A stretch of DNA of 63,988 nt, filler included, from Octopus bimaculoides (Eukaryota), in the NCBI RefSeq assembly GCF_001194135.2. It is 5 parts of 5 records of this genome, joined end to end, with 100 filler letters (N's around TTAATTAATTAA, not from the genome) between each part and the next. Parts side by side here need not be neighbours in the genome. Positions count along the whole stretch, not along the records: positions 11,087 to 39,043 come from NC_068987.1; positions 39,144 to 48,477 come from NC_069010.1; 3 more parts are not named here. One strand, 5' to 3'. The notes beneath the pieces are model-generated. The model was not told where the DNA came from. It was given only the letters and a program-made list of their open reading frames with translations, and ran no database searches. The position numbers and the translations under genes are program-made. This document shows positions 26,050 to 39,229 of the stretch, piece after piece; the first letter of the stretch is position 1, and every line of letters begins with the position of its first letter.

Positions 26050-27450
26050 TTAACCGACATGCTAAACAGAACTGGATGTGGATACAGCTGCTATGATAAA
26101 ACAATCAACCATCTCTTGTATATGGATGCCCGCAATTTGTAAGCTGCAAATGATAAAGAGCTGAAAACTCTACTGCAAACAGTGCATGAATTTACCAAAG
26201 ATATAAATACGGAATTCTGATAAGAAAAGTGTGTCAAAGCAACCTTGAAATGAGGAAAACTAGTTAAGAATAACAACATCAGGCTAGATAAAGAAATTGA
26301 AATAAGAGAACTAGACCAAACCTAGACATACAAATATTTAGGAACCAATGAACCAGATATAGTACAATACACACAAATGAAAGAGAAGATAAGGAAGGAA
26401 TATTATAGACGAGTTAGGTAAGTACTTAAAACAGATCTCAATGCGAAAAAAAAAGAAGATAATAGGAAGTATCATTACGCAAGCTATCAGTTATAAGTTA
26501 CAGTTACAATATTCTTAATGGACATTAAATGAACTAGCCAAACTAAACAGGAAAACAAGAAAATAATGACGGAATTTAGAATACATCACCCAAGATCTGA
26601 CACCGGAAGGTTATTTATACAACGAATTGAAGATTGCAGCGACCTAATACAACAACAAAATTACTATAAGATATCCACCATAGGAAATATCTGGCACAGA
26701 ACCAAGGAAAACTGGTACATATATCCACACAACATGAGCAAAACAACAACAAAAAAGAAAAACTGTTTTCAGTCTTCAGGGAAACCGAAAAATACAAGAA
26801 AGAAGTCATATGCCAGACAACTATGAAGAAAAAGAATATACAATGCTGTAAAGCAACTAAAATCTAAGCTAAAAGTGGAACTACAAAAAGCCACGATAAA
26901 ACGATGGCACTAAAAGCCCTTACAGGTTAAATACTAGGATAAGCTAAACAGAGAAAAATAGATTAAGTAAAATCCCAACATTGATTGAGAAGCCTCAAAA
27001 AGAAAAAAATATATATAATAAGCAACAGAAGAATACGTGGGGAGGAAAAAATAAATCATATTGACTCTGGCTGCCCAGTCATGGCTAAGAAGGAATATAT
27101 CCACAGACATGACAAAATTGGGACATACAAACACTGGAAGCTGTGCCAGTACTATGGAAGGTATGCAGAAAACATGGTATGAGCATATCCCAGAAAAGGT
27201 TTCAGAAAATGATAAAGCAACCCTACTCTGAGATATGCCAATATATACAGACAGATCTGGAAAACAGAGATAACCCGAATGTGGAGCCTGAAAAGAGAAT
27301 AATCCCTATAAAATCTCTGCATTAGATATAGTTTAAAAATATACAAATACATATCCAAAACACTCAGACTTACGAACATATATGACATAGAGAAAATAGC
27401 ATTGCAAGGCACTGCACCCATCCTACGTAAAATACTTTCAATACAATACA
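26050..27450 (+). mobile_element. R4/Dong-like (RLE-type) LINE, RT C-terminus and zinc knuckle, decayed
   Basis: YKYLG, MKEKIRKEYYRRV, HHPRSDTGRLFI, HIDSGCPVMAKKEYIHRHDKIG..HWKLCQYYG, WYEHIPEKVSEN. Confidence 0.8.
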
Positions 27451-28774
27451 AATATAGGAGTAATTTTTCGCTACTTTTACTCATATGTATCAATGATGCA
27501 CCAAGCATTTTTTTATACTATACTTATACTTGCAATCCTATACTACGAATGAACCAAACTTTTTTATGCTACTCTGAATACACTTTTATCACGCATCTCT
27601 AATCTTTATTTCACGTATGCACCAGAGTCCTTCTTTTTAATGTTTATATCACGTAATTCTTTCAATAGATTGTTTTTGCGATATTTTATAATGTTAGCTG
27701 TTTAATGAAAGAAGCATCTGATGTAAGTTGAAAGTATTTAATGACATATCTTCTCTTGCTCTAAGTCATAGGTAATGACTCGGCAAGTGGGCATGTCGAA
27801 AGGGACGTTAGGCTTTAGAGGGCGGTGAGGTGACGTAATTCACATACTAAATTTGTACCTATATACAGTAACTATGTTATACATGACAAAGAAGTAAGAT
27901 AGATAACAATATTTTTTTTTATCAACGACAAGTCCAAGAAAAATATAAAATACAATTTACATTTAGAAGAAGTGGGGTCAAACATGTGGAGGGTAGGTTA
28001 GAAAGTTATACAAACATGAGGGAAATGGAGAAAACGTTATACATTATATAATGGGACGAATTAAAAATTTATAAAAGTAATGTATTCTGTGTACTTATGT
28101 ATACAGAATGCATTAACAAAACAATCATTGCACAACTATTATAACGTTTAGGAGTGAAATTGCGTTAATCAGGATAATCCCATTGCCCTGATTACGATTC
28201 CTCTGTACGATACTCATCTAATTTTTCATTGATGCTGGTTGTTCCAGAATCTTCAGCGTGAAGCTCCTTAGAGTGAGTGAAGAAGGCCCCCACGTCCTTT
28301 CAATAGTTGGCATCTAAAATGGTGTATATATTCCATGAAACTTTTGCCAATATTCTATCATTTTGATGATCTTTGTAGTTTGTTTCCATTTTCTGTTCGA
28401 TCTCCAGTTCGTTTAAATCACATGTTCCCAACGTGGGCATATCGAATGGGATATCGTTAGGCTTTAGGGGGCAGTGAAGTGACATAATTCACATACTAAA
28501 TGTGTACTTATATATACAGTAATTATGTTATACATGATAAAACTAGTAATGGTAATTAAAATAAAATGAGATCTCATCAGGCACAGGGAAGTCATTAACT
28601 TGTAATGTATAAAGTAAATTTACAACTTTTGTGTTTATTAATTTTATTAGCATTTCACTGTTAAAAGCCTACACATTCCGTTTTTAGATTAAATTTATTT
28701 AAAAAGTAACTGTAAAAAGTAATTTATTTAAAAAATAACTGTTTCATAGAAGATTTACTTCTCAGGGGAGAGCA

Positions 28775-28931
28775 TCTTCTCTTCATGGTGTGGTTGTGTG
28801 AAAACAAGAAGCTTGTTTTCCAACTACATGGTTCCGGGTTAGATCCCATTACGTAGCACCTTGGGTAAGTGTTTTCTACTATAACCTCGGACCGACTAAG
28901 GCCATGTGAGTGGATTTAGTGGACGGAAACT
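28775..28931 (+). mobile_element. Main SINE family 1, 5' part, runs into a gap
   Basis: catggttccgggtt..gcaccttgggtaagtgttttctactataacctcggaccgactaagg. Confidence 0.7.
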
Positions 28932-29711
28932 NNNNNNNNNNNNNNNNNNNNNNNNNNNNNNNNNNNNNNNNNNNNNNNNNNNNNNNNNNNNNNNNNNNNN
29001 NNNNNNNNNNNNNNNNNNNNNNNNNNNNNNNNNNNNNNNNNNNNNNNNNNNNNNNNNNNNNNNNNNNNNNNNNNNNNNNNNNNNNNNNNNNNNNNNNNNN
29101 NNNNNNNNNNNNNNNNNNNNNNNNNNNNNNNNNNNNNNNNNNNNNNNNNNNNNNNNNNNNNNNNNNNNNNNNNNNNNNNNNNNNNNNNNNNNNNNNNNNN
29201 NNNNNNNNNNNNNNNNNNNNNNNNNNNNNNNNNNNNNNNNNNNNNNNNNNNNNNNNNNNNNNNNNNNNNNNNNNNNNNNNNNNNNNNNNNNNNNNNNNNN
29301 NNNNNNNNNNNNNNNNNNNNNNNNNNNNNNNNNNNNNNNNNNNNNNNNNNNNNNNNNNNNNNNNNNNNNNNNNNNNNNNNNNNNNNNNNNNNNNNNNNNN
29401 NNNNNNNNNNNNNNNNNNNNNNNNNNNNNNNNNNNNNNNNNNNNNNNNNNNNNNNNNNNNNNNNNNNNNNNNNNNNNNNNNNNNNNNNNNNNNNNNNNNN
29501 NNNNNNNNNNNNNNNNNNNNNNNNNNNNNNNNNNNNNNNNNNNNNNNNNNNNNNNNNNNNNNNNNNNNNNNNNNNNNNNNNNNNNNNNNNNNNNNNNNNN
29601 NNNNNNNNNNNNNNNNNNNNNNNNNNNNNNNNNNNNNNNNNNNNNNNNNNNNNNNNNNNNNNNNNNNNNNNNNNNNNNNNNNNNNNNNNNNNNNNNNNNN
29701 NNNNNNNNNNN

Positions 29712-29972
29712 GGTAGGGGATGGTGGCGAACCCTGCTGTACTCTTTCACCACAACTTTCTCTCACTCTTACTTCCTGTTTCTGTTGTGCCTGCAATTCAA
29801 AGGGTCAGCCTTGTCACACTGTGTCACGCTGAATATCCCCGAGAACTACGTTAAGGGTACACGTGTCTGTGGAGTGCTCAGCCACTTGCACGTTAATTTC
29901 ACGAGCAGGCTGTTCCGTTGATCGGATCAACTGGAACCCTCGACGTCGTAAGCGATGGAGTGCCAACAACAT
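29712..29972 (+). mobile_element. SINE family 3, 3' part
   Basis: Nearly identical to 6358-6620. Confidence 0.8.
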
Positions 29973-30979
29973 ACATACTGTAGATGGACTTCCTGCCTTC
30001 GACGCTGAGTTTTAAAGTCCTCCTCTTAGCACCATTTCTACAAGACAAAATTCTGGTATCGTTTAATCGTCTTGCTGGATCATAAGGACTTGTATGTCTA
30101 TGGTGAATTCATCCAGCAATATATCGTCGAAAAATATGTCGACACAATATAGGTAGGTATCACCTACCTATATTGTGAAGTTCGATTGCAGAGTTCGATG
30201 TTGTCATCGATATCTCTGACAGTTACCCTTTGTGTCTGTCCTTCTCATAATTCTCTCCAATCTTCCATTGCTGGAACAAACAAAGCGCTCTTGGCTTTAG
30301 CGAAAAATAGGGACATTATTATTCTCCTCTCGTATACATTTGCAATATATTATGGAAGGCTGGTGTCCGTCATGTGAACAAAATGCTCCCAGTTTTAATA
30401 TTTCATTATCTAGTATTTTCCTGTTTCGAAAGTTCGCTTGCCAGTGATGAGCAATGGCTGGTGTTCAGTACAGTTTCATTTGACTAAGTACGTGCTCGTC
30501 TACTGTTGTTTATAATGCTACGTTCTTCTGTCAAAATGCCATTATTTTCACGATTTTCCTTAATTTTCTTTAATGTTGTGGGTTCATTAATATTTTACCA
30601 CATATTTTTTTTCTTTTTTTTATTAAATAGCTGCTTGCTTTGCTTGCTATAATTTCTTCTGGACGCGGTTCACGTATAACAAGAAGCCATTTGTGACTTA
30701 TCGTTATACGGTGAAATTAAAATAGAAATATAAAAAAAGGACAACAAACGAACCGAGCTTGTCTGGCCCAGATACAGGGCACAAACTCTCAAATGTTTTA
30801 TAATAGTCCTTGTATGAAATAACAAAAAGAAAAAAAGAAAAAAAAAATTCCTTCAGTTACACCTGAAAACTTTTTAGGATTTTTAGAACAAAATTTTTAA
30901 TGTCTGTAGGAAGCCAGCAGAAAAGTAATGATAGCAGTAGTAAAAATAGTAATAGTAGCAATAATAATAATAATAATTA

Positions 30980-31520
30980 CCAGGCAGTGGCTCTCATGGC
31001 TTCTGATCTTAATTGATTGGAAGTGTTATCATGTACATTGTTTTGTCTTTGTATAAAAAGATGGGCTACAACAAATATTCTGCTTAATACCACAGATTTG
31101 CTTGTCAGTTGTTTGATCTTAACCAGTTGAGCATGTCCCTTAGTGGCTGACGATATGTGCATCTCTGATCATGAGCAGAAGTAGTGGGGGAGCATCATAG
31201 CCATGTGTTGAGAGGAATTCTTTGGGGTTTGAATAATTCACCTTTGGAAACATGGGTGTTTTGCTCAACATCCTTAAACAAACCTTATTCAGGGACATTT
31301 TGAGCGGGATGGGCTACTCGACCTGAAGAAAATTCTAACTGGGCCCCACCTGCAAGGTCATGCGCTGTTCATCTTGATATGAGATCACCATGTTGCGCAC
31401 ATATGGTTGTGATGCATGTGCCTGGTGTACCCTTATCAGACGGGTAGTCATGATGGGTATATTGGGCTTCGTATATTTTACCCCAGTGTCACTTTGATGG
31501 CATTCACTGCGCTCTCACTC
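30980..31520. repeat. Interspersed repeat of unassigned class; 3' part recurs at 50826-50905
   Basis: Shared gtacccttatcagacgggtagtcatgatgggtatattgggcttcgtat..cccagtgtcact; flanked by (AAT)n. Confidence 0.6.
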
Positions 31521-31712
31521 AATAATATCAATAATAATAATAATAATGATAATAATAATAATGATAATAATAATAATAACATTCTAAAAAAGGATTGACG
31601 TAACTCTTCACGAAGGTAAATAGTTTTGAACTTGAGGAAGACAGACGTGCTGTCGAAATATTGTTCAAAGAATAAAACATCTATACAATCGAATCGCACT
31701 CTTCGTCTTGAC

Positions 31713-31789
<77 letters not shown>

Positions 31790-32752
31790 GTTATAAGAAC
31801 TGTTACTAATGTAAGCACAATGATACTTTTATTTGCCCCCAAGACACACAACAGGCAGCCACTCCTACCAAATTCTTCCTATGACCTTAAACGATACTAT
31901 GTCCAACCACACACATACATAAACAGCCACAACTACACACACACACACACGTGCTATCATTACACACACACACNNNNNNNNNNNNNNNNNNNNNNNNNNN
32001 NNNNNNNNNNNNNNNNNNNNNNNNNNNNNNNNNNNNNNNNNNNNNNNNNNNNNNNNNNNNNNNNNNNNNNNNNNNNNNNNNNNNNNNNNNNNNNNNNNNN
32101 NNNNNNNNNNNNNNNNNNNNNNNNNNNNNNNNNNNNNNNNNNNNNNNNNNNNNNNNNNNNNNNNNNNNNNNNNNNNNNNNNNNNNNNNNNNNNNNNNNNN
32201 NNNNNNNNNNNNNNNNNNNNNNNNNNNNNNNNNNNNNNNNNNNNNNNNNNNNNNNNNNNNNNNNNNNNNNNNNNNNNNNNNNNNNNNNNNNNNNNNNNNN
32301 NNNNNNNNNNNNNNNNNNNNNNNNNNNNNNNNNNNNNNNNNNNNNNNNNNNNNNNNNNNNNNNNNNNNNNNNNNNNNNNNNNNNNNNNNNNNNNNNNNNN
32401 NNNNNNNNNNNNNNNNNNNNNNNNNNNNNNNNNNNNNNNNNNNTATATATATATATATAGGTATGTATATATATATAGGTATGTATATATATGTGTGTGT
32501 GTGTGTGTGTGCGTGTGTGCGTGTGTGTGTATATGTATATATGTGTGTATGTATGCATGAGTATATGTATGCATGGATGTACATATAAAGTCGATGATTC
32601 GTTCCTAGTTACTCTAAATTTCACGAGGCACGCTCATTCTATCATCATAAATTAGCTAGTCAGCTACAGAGAAAGAGAGAGAGAGAGAGAGGGAAAGAGA
32701 GAGAGAGTGAGAGCGAAAGAAGAGCTGGAGAGAGAGAGAGAGAAGAGCTGGG

Positions 32753-32786
<34 letters not shown>

Positions 32787-32864
32787 GAGAAAGAGAGGAT
32801 CATCCGCTTTATACAATTACAAGCATTGCTTAATCTTTTTGGTTTGTAACTTTGAACGTATATG

Positions 32865-32938
32865 CATAATAATAATAATAATAATAATGATGATGGACCG
32901 TGGTTGTTATTGCTATTATTATTATCATTATTATTTTA

Positions 32939-32990
<52 letters not shown>

Positions 32991-32991
32991 C

Positions 32992-33040
<49 letters not shown>

Positions 33041-33055
33041 ATCATTTTATTATTA

Positions 33056-33137
<82 letters not shown>

Positions 33138-33150
33138 CATTTATTATTAA

Positions 33151-33216
<66 letters not shown>
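32865..33216. repeat. (ATT)n microsatellite, ~350 bp
   Basis: Seen directly; contains a repeated atcattt interruption. Confidence 0.95.
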
Positions 33217-33217
<1 letters not shown>

Positions 33218-33439
33218 TGATAACAATGTAAGTAATGAGAAGAAGCCTATCATTAAAGCTAAAAGTATGCTATTTAAACGAGAGCAAGCCGGCCAGTTTA
33301 TAAAACATAATGGGAAATACACGTGAGGTAAAAATAGGTCGCATGAAAAGTTAAATGACAGTTGAGAAATCTGAGTCTTTATAGCAGGTTTTCTTTAATT
33401 TTACTGGAGCAGTCTGCCGAGTATCAGGTCATGGAGAGA

Positions 33440-34340
33440 ACTGCTTTGTGTCTTGAGAAGTCACCATAGTAACATGGAATATCGATAAAAAAAAAAAAAA
33501 AATATATATATATTTGCTTTTAAAAAGTAATATCGTTTTAAATAATGTAGTATAACCTCAAGAAGATCAGGCCATTAGAATGATGATTATTTACATGATC
33601 AAGAGCAACATCTTAAAGCCCTGCTTCATAAATAACATGGAACTCGTCCACTATGTGAAGGTGACACCAACAATTTTCCCAGACCACAACATAATAGAAC
33701 TAACAATGCATGGTTTTAAGTATGTATATCACATAAGAAGTATCTGAATCCTATCCAAACTAAATTTCTACAAATCCGACTGGGAGTCGGTCCACAGAGA
33801 GCCCTTGAAACCAAATTGGCAAAAAAAAAAAGCCTCTCTGTGCAAAGCAATAATAGGAAACTCAAAGATTTTGTGTCAGTAATGTAAGCCATATGTATTA
33901 AATTTGTCCCCGAGAAGAGAGGCAATACACGCAAAAACATTATTCCTCGAGACAGGTGGGTCTTTGTGAGACGAAGAATAAAAATTTCAAATCGCTTAAA
34001 TAAACAAGATAATAAACAGCGAAAATTCCCATCTCTAAAAGGCACTTTTAGAGATCGAAATTAAAGTCAGACTCGCGCAATAACAAGAAACAGGAAAGGA
34101 ACCAGGGCAGTCGAAAATATAAAAGCAAACAATTAGGCCTAATACAAATTTGCATAAGAAGCTGACTCGGTAAGTCACAAGATAGGGCGACTGTTTGAAG
34201 AAAATTGCACACTGACAGCAAACCCCATAAGGATAATTAAAATTCTAACTAAACGATCCCAAAGTGTTTTCACTTCTCATTGGGAAATATGCAAATAAGT
34301 TAGCCTGATGAGTTCTTCAATACCACAGATTCTCACAGCC
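33440..34340 (+). mobile_element. LINE endonuclease/linker remnant (CR1/L2-like)
   Basis: WNI at the start, PDHNIIEL (cf. SDHN), AVENIK..YKFA..KIGRL linker; many stops. Confidence 0.55.
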
Positions 34341-34418
34341 AACGATCAACATACATACATGCATGCATGCATGCATACATACATACATACATACACACAC
34401 ACATACATAATAAATACA

Positions 34419-34450
<32 letters not shown>

Positions 34451-34644
34451 CATACATACATGCACGCACATATATACATATGTATTTACATTCATACATG
34501 CGTACATAGATATACACATATATATATGTGTGTATAAATGTATATACATATAATACTATGAGTACATATATACATGTATGACTATATATGTATACGTACG
34601 TATATCTATTTATATATGTATACGCATACATTCATATTTATAAA

Positions 34645-35640
34645 TATATATGTTTTTATATCATTAATAAATATATAAAATTATTAATAATATTCACAGG
34701 AAATCAATATTCAAATTTCGAAAGATATATGTTTAATGTGACACGGTAATATTTTGAATTATAATTAAATTAAAATTTAAGATGGACAAAATATAAATAT
34801 ATATAAAAAATATAAATGTACATAAAAATACATGTGTATATAAATGCATATAAAAATGTATGCGTAATTGAGTATAAATATTATGAAGGTCTAAAAATTA
34901 AAAAAACTAAAAAGCATCTGACGATCGTTTCACGGTCAGAATTGTAACCACAATGTAATCAGAAGATAAGCATACTGGCAATAATTCCGCTCTTTGGAGA
35001 TGAATGGAGTTATTATATACGTGTTAAAAACGAATGGTATATATAATAAGATGATATTAATTAAAATATTAAAAAATATTAAAAATATTGAAAATATTAA
35101 AATGTATACTGTCCTTTAACATTTTGTAAAAGTAATCCAAATTATAGGAGGGATTACTTTTACATAATCTTAAAGGACAGTATACATTTTAATATTTTCA
35201 ATATTTTTGATATTTTTTAATATTTTAATTAATATCATCTTATATATACCATTCGTTTTTAACACGTATATAATAACTCCATTCATCTCCGAAGAGCGGA
35301 ATTATTGCCAGTATGCTTATGTTCTGATTACACTGTGGTTGCAATAATGTCCGTGAAACGATCGTTAGATGCTTTTTAATTTTTTAAATTTTTAGACCTT
35401 GATAATATTTATACTCAATTACGCATACGTTTTTATATGCATTTATATTCACATGTATTTTTATGTACATTTATATTTTTTATATATATTTATATTTTGT
35501 ACATCTTAAATTTTAATTTAATTATAATTCAAAATATTACTGTGTCACATTAAACATATATCTTTCGAAATTTGAATATTGATTACCTGCGAATATTATT
35601 AATAATTTTATAAATTTATTAATGATATAAAAACACATAT
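34645..35640. mobile_element. ~1-kb AT-rich foldback (long inverted repeat, MITE/foldback-like)
   Basis: Arms ~34645-35138 and 35151-35640 are reverse complements with scattered mismatches around a 12-nt spacer; embedded in (TA)n. Confidence 0.85.
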
Positions 35641-36399
35641 ATATATATATATTTGCTCAAAATAATAGAGCACTTAATATAAGCTCAATAAAATATTTCT
35701 TTTGAATATTCTTTATGAAATTTATATTTATAAATATATATATGTTTGTGTAGTGTGATGCGTGTGTGTAGCGTATGTGTGTATGTGTTGGTGCGTCCGT
35801 GTTTGCGTGTGTGGCCTAGCGGTTTTGATGTTGGGCCACAATCGTAATGTTGTAAGTTCGATACCTGGGCTGGGTGGCACATCATGTCACATTGCTTCAC
35901 TCAAATCAGTTGAAAACATGTACCAGCCAAGTGCTGATGCATCCCTTTCTTCTTCCAGCTGTCAGATCCTAGATGTTCTGGTGGATCAAAACTGGAAGAG
36001 CTGAGAATGTGTCTGTGCTAGTTTGTGACTACGTTAGCACCGAAAACAATTAACGAAAGGATGGTACATGCTACCAGATTATAAGAACTTACGAGTAACG
36101 GCTGGTTTATACGTACATGGTAAGCACTTACATATCTAGTGCTGAAAACCAGGAAAGCAATTAATTAATTTTAAGTCAATTAAAATTACGCAATAATGAA
36201 AGCAATTTTCGAAAAGACTAATTCTTGATAAAAACAATGAAAGCAACACTAAAAGTTTGATTGAAGAAAATTAATTGAATATGGAATGCAGTGGCTGTAA
36301 GAATCTGTGTTTTAAAAGTACGATTGATAACTTCTGCCATATTAGTTTCAAATTTTGGCTCAAGGCCAGCGGTGTGGGGGAAGGAGTAAATCGATTAAA

Positions 36400-36570
36400 T
36401 CGACCACATGGTTCCGCGTTCAGTCCCACTCCGGGCTGGCAAAGCCTTGTGAGTGGGTTTGGTTGATGGAATCTGGGTGAGAGACCGATAGAATAAATAT
36501 CAGGCTTGTAGGAAAAAATAAATACTGGGGCCTAAGTCTACTGACTGAAACAGATGCATAAGTAGAACAA
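36400..36570 (+). mobile_element. Main SINE family 1, internally deleted
   Basis: ccacatggttccgcgttcagtcccact..aaagccttgtgagtgg..gagaccgatagaataaata. Confidence 0.65.
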
Positions 36571-36999
36571 CATAATGTTTTAAGTGTGGCACAAAAGCTA
36601 ATATAATTACAAACGAGATTGATCCAAAGATATGTAAGTGCATGTGTGTGTGTATATATATATATAGGGAGAGAGAGAGAGAGAGAGACGGACATAATTG
36701 TATACGATACAATTATACTTATATATGTAGGGAGAGAGAGAGAGAGAGATAATTGTATAGGATGCAATTGTACTTAAGTATAATTGTATCCTATAAAATT
36801 ATGTATCTCCACTTATGTATTTTACGTAAAAGTTTTTTTTATATGCTGGCTATTGATAGAATTCATTAATTTTAATGATTTTGTCCTTTAATTATGTTTA
36901 TGTACACACACAAATCGTTTCTGTGTCGTGTCCTACTTCGATTTTCATTTACTAGATTTTTAGAGCACACAACTTCCTACTATTATATATACGTCTGTA

Positions 37000-37076
<77 letters not shown>

Positions 37077-37126
37077 GTATGATGGAGTGCCCAAAGATGC
37101 ATGTATATACGCCAAGGATATATATA

Positions 37127-38326
37127 CAGGGGTTGGACAAAATAATGGAAACACCTAGCATCATAGCATCATAATTTTGAAATATCTACAAAACCGTCAA
37201 AAGCTTGTTTATTCTTATGTTTTTTGATTTATTATTAGTGTTGCTTAATATATTTTGCTAAAATTGCTGTTTCTTTTCAGATATCATCAGAAAAAGGTAA
37301 TTAAAATTGATTAAAGTGACAGATCTATCGAACTTTCAAAAAGGTCAAATTGTTGGTGCTCGTATGGTAGGCACTAGCGTAACGAAAACAGCCGAAATGT
37401 TTGGGGTATCAAGAAGTAGTCTTGAAAGTAATGGCAGCCTTTAAGAAAGAGGGAAAAACCTCCTCGTTGAAACAAAACTCCGGAAGAAAACCAAAATTTT
37501 CAGATAGGGACCGTCGGACTCTTACGTGAATTGTTAGAAAGGATCACAAAAGTACAGCTTCCAAAATTAATGCAGAGCTTAATGACCACCACGAGAACCC
37601 AGATTCCACAAAAAATGTTCGCCGGGAGGTGCACAAAGCGGGATTTCACGTGAGGGCTACAATAAGAAAACCACAGTGGAAGAATGCTACTTTCTCGGAC
37701 GAGTCATCCTTTACCTTATTTCCGACCACCGGTCGAGTATACGTGTAGAGACAGCCAAAAGAAGCATTTCATTCAGACTGCCTGCTTCCAACTCTTAAAC
37801 ATGGAAGAGAATCTGTGATGATCTGGAGAAGGAGGGGGCTATATCTTGGAAATCCGCCTCCCCGATGGTTTTGCTTTACGGTAGAATTAATTGTCAAGAC
37901 TATTTAAGCATTTTATCTGATCAAATTCATCCTATGGTTGCGGAACTGTTTCCGGAGGGAAACGCAATCTTTCAGGATGATAATGCACCAATTCACACTG
38001 CTAAAGTTGTTATTGAATGGCACAAGGAACATTCTAGTGAAGTTGAACATCTTATCTGGCCACCACAATCCCCAAATCTCAATATTATTGAACATTTATG
38101 GTGCATTTTAGAAAAACAAGTAAGGAGTCGATATTCTCCACCATCATCATTACAAAAACTGGAGACTGTTTTAGCTGAAGATTGGACAAAAATTCCTTTG
38201 GAAACAATTCAAACTTTGTACCTCGTAGAATTCAAGCTGTAACTACTTCCAAAGGCGGTTCTACTCCATATCAAAATAAATTTGTTTGAAATTTTTAGGT
38301 GTTTCCATTATTTTGTCCAACCCCTG
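37127..38326 (+). mobile_element. Full-length 1200-bp Tc1 element, DD36E spacing (Incomer-like), disrupted transposase
   Basis: TIR CAGGGGTTGGACAAAATAATGGAAACACCT at both ends; TA TSD. Paired-like N-terminus TDLSNFQKGQIVGARM; FSDESSF; FQDDNAPIH..SPNLNIIEHLW with 36 residues between D and E. Confidence 0.92.
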
Positions 38327-38397
38327 TATGTGCGTGTATGCATGCGTGTGTGTGTGTGTGTGTGCGTGTAGGTGTTTATGTGTGTATAAGTATGTAC

Positions 38398-38439
<42 letters not shown>

Positions 38440-38474
38440 GTGTATGTATGTATGTATGTATGTATGTATGTATG

Positions 38475-38512
<38 letters not shown>

Positions 38513-38513
38513 A

Positions 38514-38553
<40 letters not shown>

Positions 38554-38936
38554 ATAGATCAATAATAAATCTCTGAGCGAGGTATAAACAGTAGCTGCAT
38601 GATATCGTGAAGTATATTTGCCACTTAAATGTGGCTCACCCTTAAATGTAGCTTGTAGCCCCAGGAAGATACCTCTTCCAGCTGGCTATTGACCCGCTTT
38701 CTTTGCCCTCGACTTTTCGTCACTGGAAAAAGGATATATATATTTGCATTGAGAACCACTTCACATCGACAATCGGTGATTGTCAAACGCTGATGACAAG
38801 GCAATACCAGAAAAACATAAATCCGGGGAAGAATCATACTCTAAGAAGTAGAGCAGTCTATATTTATACTGAGTTAGCCTGGGTTTCTCTTCATAAAAGT
38901 ACCCTATAAACCGGCCTTCATCAGTAATATATATAT

Positions 38937-38992
<56 letters not shown>

Positions 38993-39043
38993 GTGTGCAT
39001 GTGTGTATATATGTATATATGTATATATGTATGTATATATATA

Positions 39044-39143
39044 NNNNNNNNNNNNNNNNNNNNNNNNNNNNNNNNNNNNNNNNNNNNTTAATTAATTAAN
39101 NNNNNNNNNNNNNNNNNNNNNNNNNNNNNNNNNNNNNNNNNNN
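39044..39143. other. Artificial 100-bp join spacer
   Basis: 44 N + TTAATTAATTAA (39088-39099) + 44 N. Confidence 0.9.
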
Positions 39144-39229
39144 TATATATATATATATGTATATATATCATACAAAGACTGTATAAACACAAAAATTAAA
39201 AATCAAATTCTGCATCAAAATGAACTTAC

